64,000 nt of DNA from Obrimoposthia wandeli. Taxonomy: Eukaryota. The notes under the pieces were generated by a model, which worked only from the letters and a program-made list of their open reading frames with translations, did no database searches and had not been told where the DNA came from. Position numbers and translations under genes: made by a program. The stretch lies in contig CDROCS010000122.1 of assembly GCA_977020255.1 (NCBI GenBank), positions 682,001-746,000 on the forward strand. The letters are read 5' to 3'. Positions 21,701-31,818 of the stretch are shown in pieces (position 1 is the first letter of the stretch; the number at the start of each line of letters is the position of its first letter).

Positions 21701-21841
21701 AACAGATGCAATAATATAAGCGGGGGAAAACTCAGGAAAGGTCTCACGTTTAATTTGCGGCAGTGCCAATAAACCCAGCAGCAACAGCGCTAGCATTAAT
21801 AAATTCGCCGCAGTAGGGTGGCGCGAAAAATAACGAATCAT
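18731..21841 (-). CDS. RND efflux transporter permease subunit (AcrB/AcrD/AcrF family)
   Basis: 1036 aa; TM4 GIMMDDAIV, GVVVNDSILLV and RFRAVFLTSLTT motifs. Confidence 0.93.
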   Translation of the reverse strand: MIRYFSRHPTAANLLMLALLLLGLLALPQIKRETFPEFSPAYIIASVIYPGASPQEVEESICMRMEDAVDGLSNIVETRCEAVEGSASLVLKLTNSDVVSRMLVDVQTQINGINDFPNEIESPIVRELDWNEPVVDVAISADTSWPQLKAYAEDLKRKLKLDYGVSLVAVGGFSDHQIRIELKEVAIRQLGLSVGDIADRLARQNIKLPSGNIELGDKNLLIRFDEQKITPTALANTVIGADSEGGVLRLGDIATLTDRFELDEQKILFDGKPSAILKISKNKADDALRIKDRVQQFVDDERKVAPTGVTLSMTNDLSSVLWDRLTMMVRNGWQGVVLVFATMWLFFTFRYSFWVAAGLPVAFLGSLFLMAGLGLSINIMSLVALLMAIGIMMDDAIVIAESIAAHLERGQSITNAVTNGVKKVFPGVLSSYLTTVCIFGSLLFLEGEMGAVLKVVPQVLILVLTLSLVEAFLILPHHLSHSLQKQKENEKPDIAFKVWFLNKFDSFRNNQLVSAVEAVVRWRYLFLGSVIAMLFISLSLLAGGALKFVGFPELDGDIAEARVILPPGSSLAQTEKVVQTIVIAAEKLNVEWSDKQEGGNALVEHITEQYNFNPDADESGPHVATVRLDLRGAEARNTVIDEFVAAWRDEIGTIADPVSLVFKQPVMGPGGRAVEIQMQNDDLTELKAASIEIQQYLSQFDGVFGILDDMRMGKQEVLVKLRPGAESFGVDGQMIASQLRAAYFGQTADEIQIGPENIEVEVRFDKQEAANLQTLASFPIMLSDGSQIPLASISTLEYQRNYVRIQRVNGLRTLSVFADLESSKVSSTEILKAFRIDLMPQLKLKYPNLRFNFEGEAKDTAETGQSMGVGFAIGIFGVFVILSFQFRSYLEPFIVLLAIPLALIGVLWGHWLLGHALSMPSIMGFVSLAGVVVNDSILLVQYIRHHVDDGDSVHDAVVKASRERFRAVFLTSLTTAAGLLPLLLETSLQAQVIQPLVISIVFGIFTSTLLVLFMIPAAYAILADFGLVKKHQVLAA

Positions 21842-23181
21842 TGAGCTGTATCTCCTAATGCTTCGTTATTTTGGGCGATCTTTTTACCGTTACGCGTCAC
21901 GACTTTCACAGCCATACCCGACACTGCTGGTAATAAATCATTGAGTATCAACAGTTGCTGATCAACAAGATCGCCCTCAACAACCACCCTGCCATCGCGA
22001 CGGAATAAAACGATCACCGTTTGAATTTTTAGCGCGTTATTATCAACCGTATAAATTTTATCGCCATGAAGCGCACGCTCCGGAATAATCCAATGAAGGT
22101 TGGCTTGCCCTTCAATTTTCGCCTCAACAAACATGCCATTAACTAAGGGAGGCGCAGACTCGGGCACTAATGCGCTATAGTCTTGTTCTACTTCAATAAT
22201 CACCCCCACCGTGGCTTGAGTAACACTCACGGTATCACTAATGCGGGTAACCTTTGCTGGCCACAACTGCTGAAAACTACCGCTGGATAATTGAATATTG
22301 GCGGTAAGCGCCAGCTGATCTGCCCGCGGTCGTCCATCTGCATGGGCTGTATATTGGGTTAAGCTTGATGCCAATACTTGCATATCGTGCAGCGCGACTT
22401 GCGCATCCACTTCGACTTTCTCAATGCCGTATGCGACTAGCATCGATTGCTGAAGGTTAACCACCTGATTTTGCTCAATATCAACATTTGATATACGTAC
22501 ATCAATGGGTAAAGTGATCACCGTTTTTTCTAATGATCTCTTTGCCTCAGCAACTCGTGACTCGTTCACGTATAGCTGAGCTAACGTAACATTACGTTCA
22601 TTGGGTAAAATAAATAGTTGATTTTCAATATCTTGAACTGTTTTTTGATTTGATAACCAAGATTGCTTTTCTAAATCGAGTTCAGATTGTGAAGTGAGCC
22701 CTTTACGGCGTAATTCTTCTTTACGGGTCACTTCTTTCTTACTGATCACTAAACGATTTTTTTCAATTTTCAACGTGGATTTTAAGTTCACGTCTTCTTG
22801 CACCAGCTTGGCTAATTGCGCCTGACTAGAACGTAAATCAGCCTCTGCTTGTGCTAACGTCAATTCATAATCAAGGGGATCAATTTTTAGAATCACCGTT
22901 CCCGCATCCATCACTCGCCCTTTTTCTAGATTAGGGTGACGATAAATAACTTTTCCGGTGACTTCTGCAATGGCTTGCCATTCAACTTTCGGTTTAATTC
23001 GCCCAAAACCACTGATTAAAGGCGCTATTAACTGTTGTTGTAATTGGATAACATCGACAGCACGTTCGCGGCTAACCGCTGCTTTTACAGAAGGGGCTGG
23101 ACGCCACTTTATTGCCACCACTAAAACCATGATGCCAAATAAGATGGCTGGAACTAACAATAACTTCCTGTTTAATTTCAT
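21838..23181 (-). CDS. RND periplasmic adaptor (membrane fusion protein)
   Basis: N-terminal TM anchor, lipoyl-like AEVTGKV, coiled coil; 4-nt overlap with the RND start. Confidence 0.9.
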   Translation of the reverse strand: MKLNRKLLLVPAILFGIMVLVVAIKWRPAPSVKAAVSRERAVDVIQLQQQLIAPLISGFGRIKPKVEWQAIAEVTGKVIYRHPNLEKGRVMDAGTVILKIDPLDYELTLAQAEADLRSSQAQLAKLVQEDVNLKSTLKIEKNRLVISKKEVTRKEELRRKGLTSQSELDLEKQSWLSNQKTVQDIENQLFILPNERNVTLAQLYVNESRVAEAKRSLEKTVITLPIDVRISNVDIEQNQVVNLQQSMLVAYGIEKVEVDAQVALHDMQVLASSLTQYTAHADGRPRADQLALTANIQLSSGSFQQLWPAKVTRISDTVSVTQATVGVIIEVEQDYSALVPESAPPLVNGMFVEAKIEGQANLHWIIPERALHGDKIYTVDNNALKIQTVIVLFRRDGRVVVEGDLVDQQLLILNDLLPAVSGMAVKVVTRNGKKIAQNNEALGDTAQ

Positions 23182-23822
23182 GCTGAACAGTCCTCTATTT
23201 CAGCTAAGATCCCTTGCGTTAATACTCTTACATTATGGTCTGCTAATTCCATTAAGTACGCTTCATCCAATTTAATGCCTTGTAATTCAAGCATGGCGGG
23301 AGGCGCTAAAAATGGAAATATCATCATACTAATGAATGTCATTCTGGCTTTATCAGGGCTAATGCCTTCTCGCAGTTGGCCTTTCAACTTCATTGGCTTA
23401 AACATCAATTCAGTTGCCGAATCAGCAATCTTGCTAAACATATTTTCAATCGTTTGCCGCTGCAATGCATCCGGCTCCATCATCATGGCACGAGAGATTA
23501 ATTTAGGCAGGTCTGGGTTTGGCGCCATAATGCGGTAATACGTTCGCATTAACTCACCAATACTCTCAATGTCTCCCTTGTTCAACGCCTTGGCAAATTG
23601 GCTTTGAATAGGCTCAACGGTTTCACGTAACATGGTTTCAAACAATCCCGCTTTATTACCGAAGTAATAACGGATGAGTGCCACATTAACATCAGCACGG
23701 TTTGCAATCATACGCGTAGACACTTTATTGTATGGTAGTGCAACAAACAGTAATCTCGCTTGATGAATCAAGCGCTGCCTTGCATCGGATTCACCCGTCG
23801 GACGCCCAGCCTTTCCTGCCAT
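23178..23822 (-). CDS. TetR/AcrR-family regulator heading the efflux operon
   Basis: HTH VSTRMIANRADVNVALIRYYFGNKAGLF; 4-nt overlap with the MFP gene. Confidence 0.93.
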   Translation of the reverse strand: MAGKAGRPTGESDARQRLIHQARLLFVALPYNKVSTRMIANRADVNVALIRYYFGNKAGLFETMLRETVEPIQSQFAKALNKGDIESIGELMRTYYRIMAPNPDLPKLISRAMMMEPDALQRQTIENMFSKIADSATELMFKPMKLKGQLREGISPDKARMTFISMMIFPFLAPPAMLELQGIKLDEAYLMELADHNVRVLTQGILAEIEDCSA

Positions 23823-23901
23823 AATCTTTTATCTACCTTTTGATATTCAAATACATCAGTCGTTAATGATGTCGATAACACATCATCAAATGACGTCTCT
23901 G

Positions 23902-23990
23902 AAATTATTAATCGCTTGATTAATAATTTACTCGATCAACCGCAATTTAGTTCACTTAATTTATTCACTCTAATTTAATCAAATGATTAA
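23902..23990. promoter_or_regulatory. Two TTAATC-N4-GATTAA palindromes, probable TetR operators
   Basis: AAATTATTAATC-GCTT-GATTAATAATTT (23902-23929) and TTAATC-AAAT-GATTAA (23975-23990). Confidence 0.65.
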
Positions 23991-24214
23991 TTAATGACTG
24001 TGACTTCCTCTGCACCTTGAAGATTCACTCTCGCCAATAGATCACCCAACTGTTACAAGAATGGAAACAATAAAATAAGATATACGTATCAAACACAGAT
24101 TCCGATTCATTAGAGTAATGCCACGTTAAAATAACCGCCTAGTCGCACCTGAATTAAAAACACATCAAAATCATACAATTAGTCATTAATGACAAATAAA
24201 TAGTCAATTAATGG

Positions 24215-24244
24215 TTGACGATCGTCCTGTCTATTTGGTATTCA
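24215..24244 (+). promoter_or_regulatory. leu operon promoter
   Basis: TTGACG-N18-TATTCA with extended -10 TG. Confidence 0.6.
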
Positions 24245-24278
24245 TTTGTTAATCAACTTTGTGGAAGTCATTTAAAAA

Positions 24279-24341
24279 ATGAAAATTCGTTTCTATTTAC
24301 TCTTAAGCCTCCTCTTTATCGTGAATAATTCGCGCGGGTAG
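24279..24341 (+). CDS. leuL: leu operon leader peptide MKIRFYLLLSLLFIVNNSRG
   Basis: 20 codons with five clustered Leu codons, followed by the attenuator. Confidence 0.9.
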   Translation: MKIRFYLLLSLLFIVNNSRG

Positions 24342-24372
24342 CTTATAGGTGAGAAACACCACATAAGAATCT

Positions 24373-24402
24373 AAAAACCCGCGCAGTCTGCGCGGGTTTT
24401 TG
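24373..24402 (+). terminator. leu attenuator terminator
   Basis: AAAAACCCGCGCAG-T-CTGCGCGGGTTTTT; CGCGCGGG at the leader end can pair with CCCGCGC as antiterminator. Confidence 0.9.
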
Positions 24403-24474
24403 CATATTACAGGGCCAGCGCAAGCGGATGCAGACTAAGCCTTACACAGGCAGGCCAATAAAAAGGAAGTAGCA

Positions 24475-26019
24475 ATGAAAGATCAGGTCATTATTTTCGA
24501 TACCACTCTACGCGACGGTGAACAGGCTCTATCCGCTAGCTTAACGGTAAAAGAGAAACTACAAATTGCCTATGCGCTAGAGCGTTTAGGGGTTGATGTT
24601 ATCGAAGCCGGCTTCCCTATTTCATCGCCAGGTGATTTTGAGTCGGTACAAACCATTGCCAAGCATATTAAAAACAGTCGCGTATGTGCGCTGTCTCGTG
24701 CAGTTGCAAAAGATATTGATGTTGCCGCTGAATCGCTAAAAGTGGCAGAAGCTTTCCGTATCCATACTTTCATATCTACTTCTACTATCCACGTACAAGA
24801 CAAACTACGCCGCAGCTATGACGATGTTATCGAAATGGGTATTGCTGCCGTGAAACGTGCCCGTAACTATACCGATGACGTTGAATTTTCTTGTGAAGAT
24901 GCAGGCCGTACGCCTATTGATAATCTATGCCGTATGGTTGAAGCCGCAATCAATGCGGGTGCTAGCACCATTAATATTCCAGACACGGTTGGCTACACAT
25001 TGCCAAACGAATTTGGTGGTATTATTGCGCAACTGTTTGAACGTGTTCCAAATATCGATAAAGCGATTATCTCAGTGCACTGTCATGACGACCTAGGTAT
25101 GTCTGTTGCCAACTCAATGGCAGCGGTACAAGCGGGGGCGCGTCAGGTTGAAGGTACAATTAATGGTTTGGGTGAACGTGCAGGTAACTGTTCACTAGAA
25201 GAAATTGCGATGATCATTAAGACACGTTCTGATTTCTTGGGTGTCGAAACTAACATCAAGCACAATGAAATTCACCGTACCAGCAAAATGGTTAGCCAAC
25301 TGTGTAACATGCCAATTCAAGCCAACAAGGCCATTGTCGGTGCCAATGCCTTTAGCCACTCATCAGGCATTCACCAAGATGGCATGATTAAAAATAAGAA
25401 CACCTACGAGATCATGACCCCTGAGTCGATTGGTCTTAAAAATCAAGCGTTGAATCTAACCAGTCGTTCTGGTCGTGCTGCAGTGAAGAACCACATGGAT
25501 ACACTGGGCTATATCGACGGTGACTATAATCTAGATACCTTGTACACCGATTTCTTGAAGCTTGCCGATCGTAAAGGGCAAGTTTTCGACTACGACCTAG
25601 AAGCGCTAATGTACTTCGCCAATCTTCGTGATGAAGATGACCACTTTAAGCTGAACTACCTAAGTGTTCAGTCGGGTAGCATCATGGCGACCACCAGCAT
25701 TAAATTACAGTGTGGCGATGAAGAGAAATGTGAAGCGGCTGTTGGCAATGGTCCTGTTGACGCGTTATACCAATGTATCTACCGCCTAACCGGTTATGAG
25801 ATTGCGCTGGATAAATTCGACCTTACCGCAAAAGGTGAAGGCGAAGATGGCTTAGGCCAAGCAGACATTATTGCGAACTATAAAGGTCGCAAGTACCACG
25901 GTACTGGTTTAGCAACAGATATCGTTGAAGCATCAGGCCAAGCACTGCTTCACGTAATCAATAGCATTTACCGCGCAGATCAGATAGCTGAAATCAAAGA
26001 ACGCATTGCGACGGTTTAA
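24475..26019 (+). CDS. leuA: 2-isopropylmalate synthase
   Basis: [17 protein letters not shown] and GERAGN motifs. Confidence 0.98.
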   Translation: MKDQVIIFDTTLRDGEQALSASLTVKEKLQIAYALERLGVDVIEAGFPISSPGDFESVQTIAKHIKNSRVCALSRAVAKDIDVAAESLKVAEAFRIHTFISTSTIHVQDKLRRSYDDVIEMGIAAVKRARNYTDDVEFSCEDAGRTPIDNLCRMVEAAINAGASTINIPDTVGYTLPNEFGGIIAQLFERVPNIDKAIISVHCHDDLGMSVANSMAAVQAGARQVEGTINGLGERAGNCSLEEIAMIIKTRSDFLGVETNIKHNEIHRTSKMVSQLCNMPIQANKAIVGANAFSHSSGIHQDGMIKNKNTYEIMTPESIGLKNQALNLTSRSGRAAVKNHMDTLGYIDGDYNLDTLYTDFLKLADRKGQVFDYDLEALMYFANLRDEDDHFKLNYLSVQSGSIMATTSIKLQCGDEEKCEAAVGNGPVDALYQCIYRLTGYEIALDKFDLTAKGEGEDGLGQADIIANYKGRKYHGTGLATDIVEASGQALLHVINSIYRADQIAEIKERIATV

Positions 26020-26137
26020 CCAAACAACCTTATTCAACGTTAGGTTGATTCAACGCTATTTTGTGCAAGAACAAAGAGAAAGTGCGGAGTTTATAAGTAT
26101 AAATGAGCACTTTCGATACAGGGCTTGTGCGAAATAG

Positions 26138-27277
<1,140 letters not shown>

Positions 27278-27373
27278 GAGTCATCGCTAAGTACTCGATA
27301 TCAATTGTACCTGCCATTAAACACGCATATAAAAAGTGAAACGGCAGGTATTAATGACAAGGAACATCGAACA

Positions 27374-28804
27374 ATGTCAGTAAAAGCCGGAACATCAAAA
27401 ACACTGTATGAAAAAGTCTACGATGCCCACGTCGCGGTAGCTGCAGAAGGTGAAAACCCAATACTGTACATTGACCGCCACTTGGTGCACGAGGTGACAT
27501 CACCACAAGCCTTTGATGGTTTACGTGAAAAAGGCCGTAAGGTTCGCCAAATCAGTAAAACCTTCGCGACCATGGATCACAACGTCTCAACCCAAACCAA
27601 AGACATTAATGCATCGGGTGAAATGGCGCGTATCCAAATGGAAACCCTTGCAAAGAATTGTGAAGAGTTTGGTGTCACCCTATATGACCTAAACCATAAG
27701 TATCAGGGTATTGTGCATGTTATGGGGCCTGAGTTGGGCATTACCTTGCCAGGTATGACCATTGTTTGTGGTGACTCACACACTGCCACTCATGGTGCAT
27801 TTGGCTCGTTGGCATTCGGTATTGGTACCTCAGAAGTGGAACATGTACTTGCAACGCAAACACTGAAGCAAGCACGTGCAAAAACCATGAAAATCGAAGT
27901 GGTTGGTAAAGTCGCAAAAGGCATTACCGCTAAAGATATCGTATTGGCGATCATTGGTAAAACAACGGCAGCTGGCGGTACAGGTTATGTGGTTGAATTC
28001 TGTGGTGAAGCCATTACCGATCTAACGATGGAAGGTCGTATGACCGTCTGTAATATGGCGATCGAATTAGGTGCTAAAGCCGGCCTTATTGCCCCAGACC
28101 AAACCACTTACGACTACATTAAAGATCGTAAATTCTCACCGACAAATGCAAACTTTGATGCTGCCGTCGAGTACTGGAAAACCTTAAAAACAGATGATAG
28201 TGCCACGTTTGATGCCGTTGTTACGCTAGAAGCTAAAAATATCAAACCGCAAGTCACTTGGGGCACAAACCCAGGTCAAGTTATTGCTATTGATGAGTTA
28301 ATTCCAGGCCCTGACAACTTCAGCGAGCAAGTTGATAAAACATCGGCTGCAAAAGCACTGGCTTACATGGGATTAGAAGCAGGCAAAAAATTATCTGATT
28401 TCGATATTGATAAAGTCTTTATCGGTTCTTGTACCAACTCTCGTATCGAAGACATGCGTGCCGCAGCGGCTATTGCCAAAGGGCGTAAAGTTGCAGCACA
28501 TGTTCAGGCATTGGTTGTTCCAGGATCTGAGCAAGTAAAAGCACAAGCTGAAAAAGAAGGATTAGATAAGATCTTCATTGCAGCGGGTTTTGAATGGCGC
28601 CTACCGGGTTGTTCAATGTGTCTGGCAATGAATAATGACCGCTTAGGGCCTAAAGAGCGCTGTGCTTCAACAAGTAACCGTAACTTCGAAGGTCGTCAAG
28701 GTCGTGATGGTCGTACTCACTTAGTCAGCCCAGCGATGGCAGCAGCAGCCGCATGTGCTGGTCACTTTGTTGATATCCGCGACTTAGATAACACAACGGC
28801 TTAA
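27374..28804 (+). CDS. leuC: 3-isopropylmalate dehydratase large subunit
   Basis: [14 protein letters not shown] and GCSMC Fe-S motifs; start set at ATG 27374 (SD AAGGA). Confidence 0.97.
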   Translation: MSVKAGTSKTLYEKVYDAHVAVAAEGENPILYIDRHLVHEVTSPQAFDGLREKGRKVRQISKTFATMDHNVSTQTKDINASGEMARIQMETLAKNCEEFGVTLYDLNHKYQGIVHVMGPELGITLPGMTIVCGDSHTATHGAFGSLAFGIGTSEVEHVLATQTLKQARAKTMKIEVVGKVAKGITAKDIVLAIIGKTTAAGGTGYVVEFCGEAITDLTMEGRMTVCNMAIELGAKAGLIAPDQTTYDYIKDRKFSPTNANFDAAVEYWKTLKTDDSATFDAVVTLEAKNIKPQVTWGTNPGQVIAIDELIPGPDNFSEQVDKTSAAKALAYMGLEAGKKLSDFDIDKVFIGSCTNSRIEDMRAAAAIAKGRKVAAHVQALVVPGSEQVKAQAEKEGLDKIFIAAGFEWRLPGCSMCLAMNNDRLGPKERCASTSNRNFEGRQGRDGRTHLVSPAMAAAAACAGHFVDIRDLDNTTA

Positions 28805-28821
28805 TCAAGAGGGAACGAACA

Positions 28822-29424
28822 ATGACAGGTTTTAAACAACACACAGGATTAGTGGTTCCACTTGATACCGCCAATATTGATACTGATGCCATCATTCCTA
28901 AGCAGTTTCTGCAGAAAGTGACGCGTACAGGCTTTGGTCAGCACCTTTTCAATGACTGGCGCTTTCTAGATGATGCTGGACAACAAGAAAACCCCGACTT
29001 CATTATGAATGCACCCCGCTATCAAGGTGCGAGTATTTTGTTGGCACGTGAAAACTTCGGTTGTGGTTCATCGCGTGAACACGCACCGTGGGCACTGGCT
29101 GATTACGGCATTCAAGTGATGATCGCACCAAGCTTTGCAGACATTTTTTACGGCAACTCAATCAATAATCAAATGGTTCCGGTTCGTCTAACCGATAAAG
29201 AAGTTGATGAGCTGTTCCAATATGTTGAAGCTAACGAAGGTGCCGAGATCACCGTTGATCTTGAAACGATGCAAGTCACGGCAAATGGCAAAAGTTATTC
29301 ATTTGAGATCGATGAATTCCGTCGTCACTGCCTATTAAATGGATTAGATAACATTGGCTTAACGCTGCAACATGCAGACAAGATTGCAGAGTATGAAGCG
29401 AAAATTCCTGCATTTTTGGTTTAA
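28822..29424 (+). CDS. leuD: 3-isopropylmalate dehydratase small subunit
   Basis: [13 protein letters not shown] and [11 protein letters not shown] motifs. Confidence 0.98.
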   Translation: MTGFKQHTGLVVPLDTANIDTDAIIPKQFLQKVTRTGFGQHLFNDWRFLDDAGQQENPDFIMNAPRYQGASILLARENFGCGSSREHAPWALADYGIQVMIAPSFADIFYGNSINNQMVPVRLTDKEVDELFQYVEANEGAEITVDLETMQVTANGKSYSFEIDEFRRHCLLNGLDNIGLTLQHADKIAEYEAKIPAFLV

Positions 29425-29476
29425 CCATTTTGCTCGAAATACACTAAGCTAATTTCTATAATGAAAAATGAATAAC

Positions 29477-29509
29477 AAAAAAGCACTTCTTAATCGAAGT
29501 GCTTTTTTT
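29477..29509 (+). terminator. leu operon terminator
   Basis: AAAAAAGCACTTC-TTAATC-GAAGTGCTTTTTTT. Confidence 0.9.
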
Positions 29510-29613
29510 ATACTTTATATTTTTATGCAATATAATCTTCTTATACAAGGTCTTTTCAATAACCACTCTGAGAAATCGCACTTAATTATCTGAACTTAGG
29601 GAAGAGAACAACA

Positions 29614-30396
29614 ATGCGCTCACTTATTTCTATCGCCTTACTGCTATTTTCAACCCTGGCTTTGGCGGCGCCAAAAGCGGAGTTATGGGCATATTGGCAA
29701 CCCAGTAATAACGCCAATTCAGCTCAAATCTCTCATGACCGTTGGCAACAGATATTAGATAAGTACTTAATCACAACATCTAAACAAACTCTGTTTCGCT
29801 ACAGTGCCGTTACCACAAACGACAAAGACAACCTGGATCGATACCTGCGCGATCTTGCCAGAATCGATCCTCGCCAATACAACAAAGATGAACAATTTGC
29901 CTATTGGGTGAATTTATACAACGCCCTTACCGTCCAACTGATCCTTGATAACTACCCGATAAAGTCCATCACTAAACTCGGTGGCTTTTTTAGCTTTGGT
30001 CCGTGGGATGACACATTAATTACCATTACTGATCAGCAATTAACCCTCAATGACATTGAGCATCGAATTTTACGTCCGATCTGGCATGATCCTCGCATTC
30101 ATTACGCCGTAAATTGTGCCAGCTTTGGTTGCCCAAATTTATTAGATACCGCGTTTAATGGGCAAAATAAAAATACCCTACTCGAACAAGCAGCGACTGA
30201 TTTCATCAATAGCAACAAGGGCGTGAGTCTTACAGGAAACCAAGTACGCCTTTCGTCAATATATGATTGGTTCAGCAGCGATTTTGGTAATCTATCTGAG
30301 CTACAGACGCATTTAAACCAGTATCGAAAAGAACCCAACATCCAATTAAATTCGGTAAGTTATGGCTATGATTGGTCATTAAACCAAGCGAAATAA
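29614..30396 (+). CDS. Exported DUF547-like protein
   Basis: Signal peptide; AYWVNLYNALT, LNDIEH, DPRIHYAVNCAS.GCP, LSSIYDWF and Y.YDWSLN patterns typical of DUF547. Confidence 0.8.
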   Translation: MRSLISIALLLFSTLALAAPKAELWAYWQPSNNANSAQISHDRWQQILDKYLITTSKQTLFRYSAVTTNDKDNLDRYLRDLARIDPRQYNKDEQFAYWVNLYNALTVQLILDNYPIKSITKLGGFFSFGPWDDTLITITDQQLTLNDIEHRILRPIWHDPRIHYAVNCASFGCPNLLDTAFNGQNKNTLLEQAATDFINSNKGVSLTGNQVRLSSIYDWFSSDFGNLSELQTHLNQYRKEPNIQLNSVSYGYDWSLNQAK

Positions 30397-30561
30397 TAAG
30401 TTAATCAAGCAAAATAACGATATAACTAAGTAAAGTACCCAGCCAAATCGCACTGTTCGCCTCTCTCTCATCGCACTTTCACATTATGTAGAAGGTGCGA
30501 TCTCATCATTCCGACGCAATCTACTAGCAACTGCTTACTTGCACGATTACAATAACAACCG

Positions 30562-30678
30562 TTCTCATTGGGGAGCCCGTATTTATAGAAACGCGTATCG
30601 CGACGAGAATACTGGCTGAGATTGCATCGCAGAACCCACAGAACCTGAACCAGGTCATGCTGGCGTAGGAATTGAGAA
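30562..30678 (+). ncRNA. TPP (thi-box) riboswitch
   Basis: P1 TTCTCA/TGAGAA, GGGGAGCC, GGCTGAGA, ACCC..AGAACCTGA, CAGGTCATGCTGGCGTAGG; directly upstream of thiB. Confidence 0.95.
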
Positions 30679-30790
30679 AAGAAGGTCGCTTAAAATAATC
30701 ATACGTAAGAGCATGATGCTCATACCTTCTCACCCTACGCGCATTTGAAATATTTCCCCTCGCAGGATGCAAGGGCATCAGGAGCGTATC

Positions 30791-31777
30791 TTGAAAAAAT
30801 CACTTCCACTATTATCTTTAGCGTTAATCGCAATGCCAGCGTTAGCAAATGACAACACCCTAACGGTGTATACCTACAGCTCATTTGCATCAGATTGGGG
30901 CCCTGGCCCTACAATCAAAAAAGCATTTGAAGCCGAGTGCGACTGTACTGTCGATTTTGTCGCACTGGATGATGGTGTTTCGATATTAAATCGCGTACGT
31001 CTGGAAGGTAAAAACACCAAGGCTGACGTGTTATTAGGCTTAGATAACAACTTAATGACCGAAGCCAAAAAGACTGGGTTACTAGCGGAACATAACGTCA
31101 ATACCAATGATGTCATTCTGCCAAATGGCTGGACAGACAAAACCTTTGTGCCTTATGACTATGGCTACTTTGCATTTGTCTACGATTCTGAAAAGCTTGC
31201 TAACCCACCCAAAAGCTTAACTGAATTAGTACAACGGGATGATATCAGTGTGATTTACCAAGATCCTCGCACCTCGACACCCGGCCAAGGTTTAATGTTA
31301 TGGATGAAATCAGTATACGGTGATAAAGCCCCTGCAGCGTGGCAGCAACTGGCAAAGAATACCGTTACCGTCACGAAAGGTTGGTCTGAAGCGTACAACA
31401 TGTTTCTTAAAGGTGAATCTGACATGGTGCTGTCTTACACCACCTCACCGGCTTACCACATCATTGCAGAAAAAGACGCGAAATATAAAGCGGCTAATTT
31501 TAGCGAAGGCCATTACATGCAGGTGGAAGTTGCGGCGAAGCTAAAAGCGGCCAAAAACCCGAAACTTGCCGATCGATTTATGGCATTCATTTTGAGTGAT
31601 GATTTCCAATCAGCCATGCCAACAGGTAACTGGATGTACCCCGTTACAAAACAAGCATTACCAGACGGTTTCGATCAATTAACGGTGCCAGCACAAGCAC
31701 TAGAGTTCAATGCAGATGAAGTTGCAGCACAGCGTCGCTCGTGGATCCGTGAATGGCAACAAGCATTAACTCAATGA
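30791..31777 (+). CDS. thiB: Thiamine ABC transporter substrate-binding protein
   Basis: YTYSSFASDWGPG, QDPRTSTPGQG and SYTTSPAYH; TTG start at 30791 after SD AGGAG. Confidence 0.95.
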   Translation: MKKSLPLLSLALIAMPALANDNTLTVYTYSSFASDWGPGPTIKKAFEAECDCTVDFVALDDGVSILNRVRLEGKNTKADVLLGLDNNLMTEAKKTGLLAEHNVNTNDVILPNGWTDKTFVPYDYGYFAFVYDSEKLANPPKSLTELVQRDDISVIYQDPRTSTPGQGLMLWMKSVYGDKAPAAWQQLAKNTVTVTKGWSEAYNMFLKGESDMVLSYTTSPAYHIIAEKDAKYKAANFSEGHYMQVEVAAKLKAAKNPKLADRFMAFILSDDFQSAMPTGNWMYPVTKQALPDGFDQLTVPAQALEFNADEVAAQRRSWIREWQQALTQ

Positions 31778-31818
31778 TGAATAATCGATTACTTAATTTC
31801 TGGGTTTATCCGCTTTGA
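31774..31818 (+). other. 14-aa ORF (MMNNRLLNFWVYPL) overlapping both the thiB stop and the thiP start
   Basis: ATGA overlap at 31774-31777 and TTGA overlap at 31815-31818. Confidence 0.4.

Noticed and set aside
29425-30560. SgrS/SgrT remnant between leuD and thiB
   Set aside because: No SgrT-like ORF and no sgrR gene; the interval is explained by a terminator, the DUF547-like gene and the thi promoter
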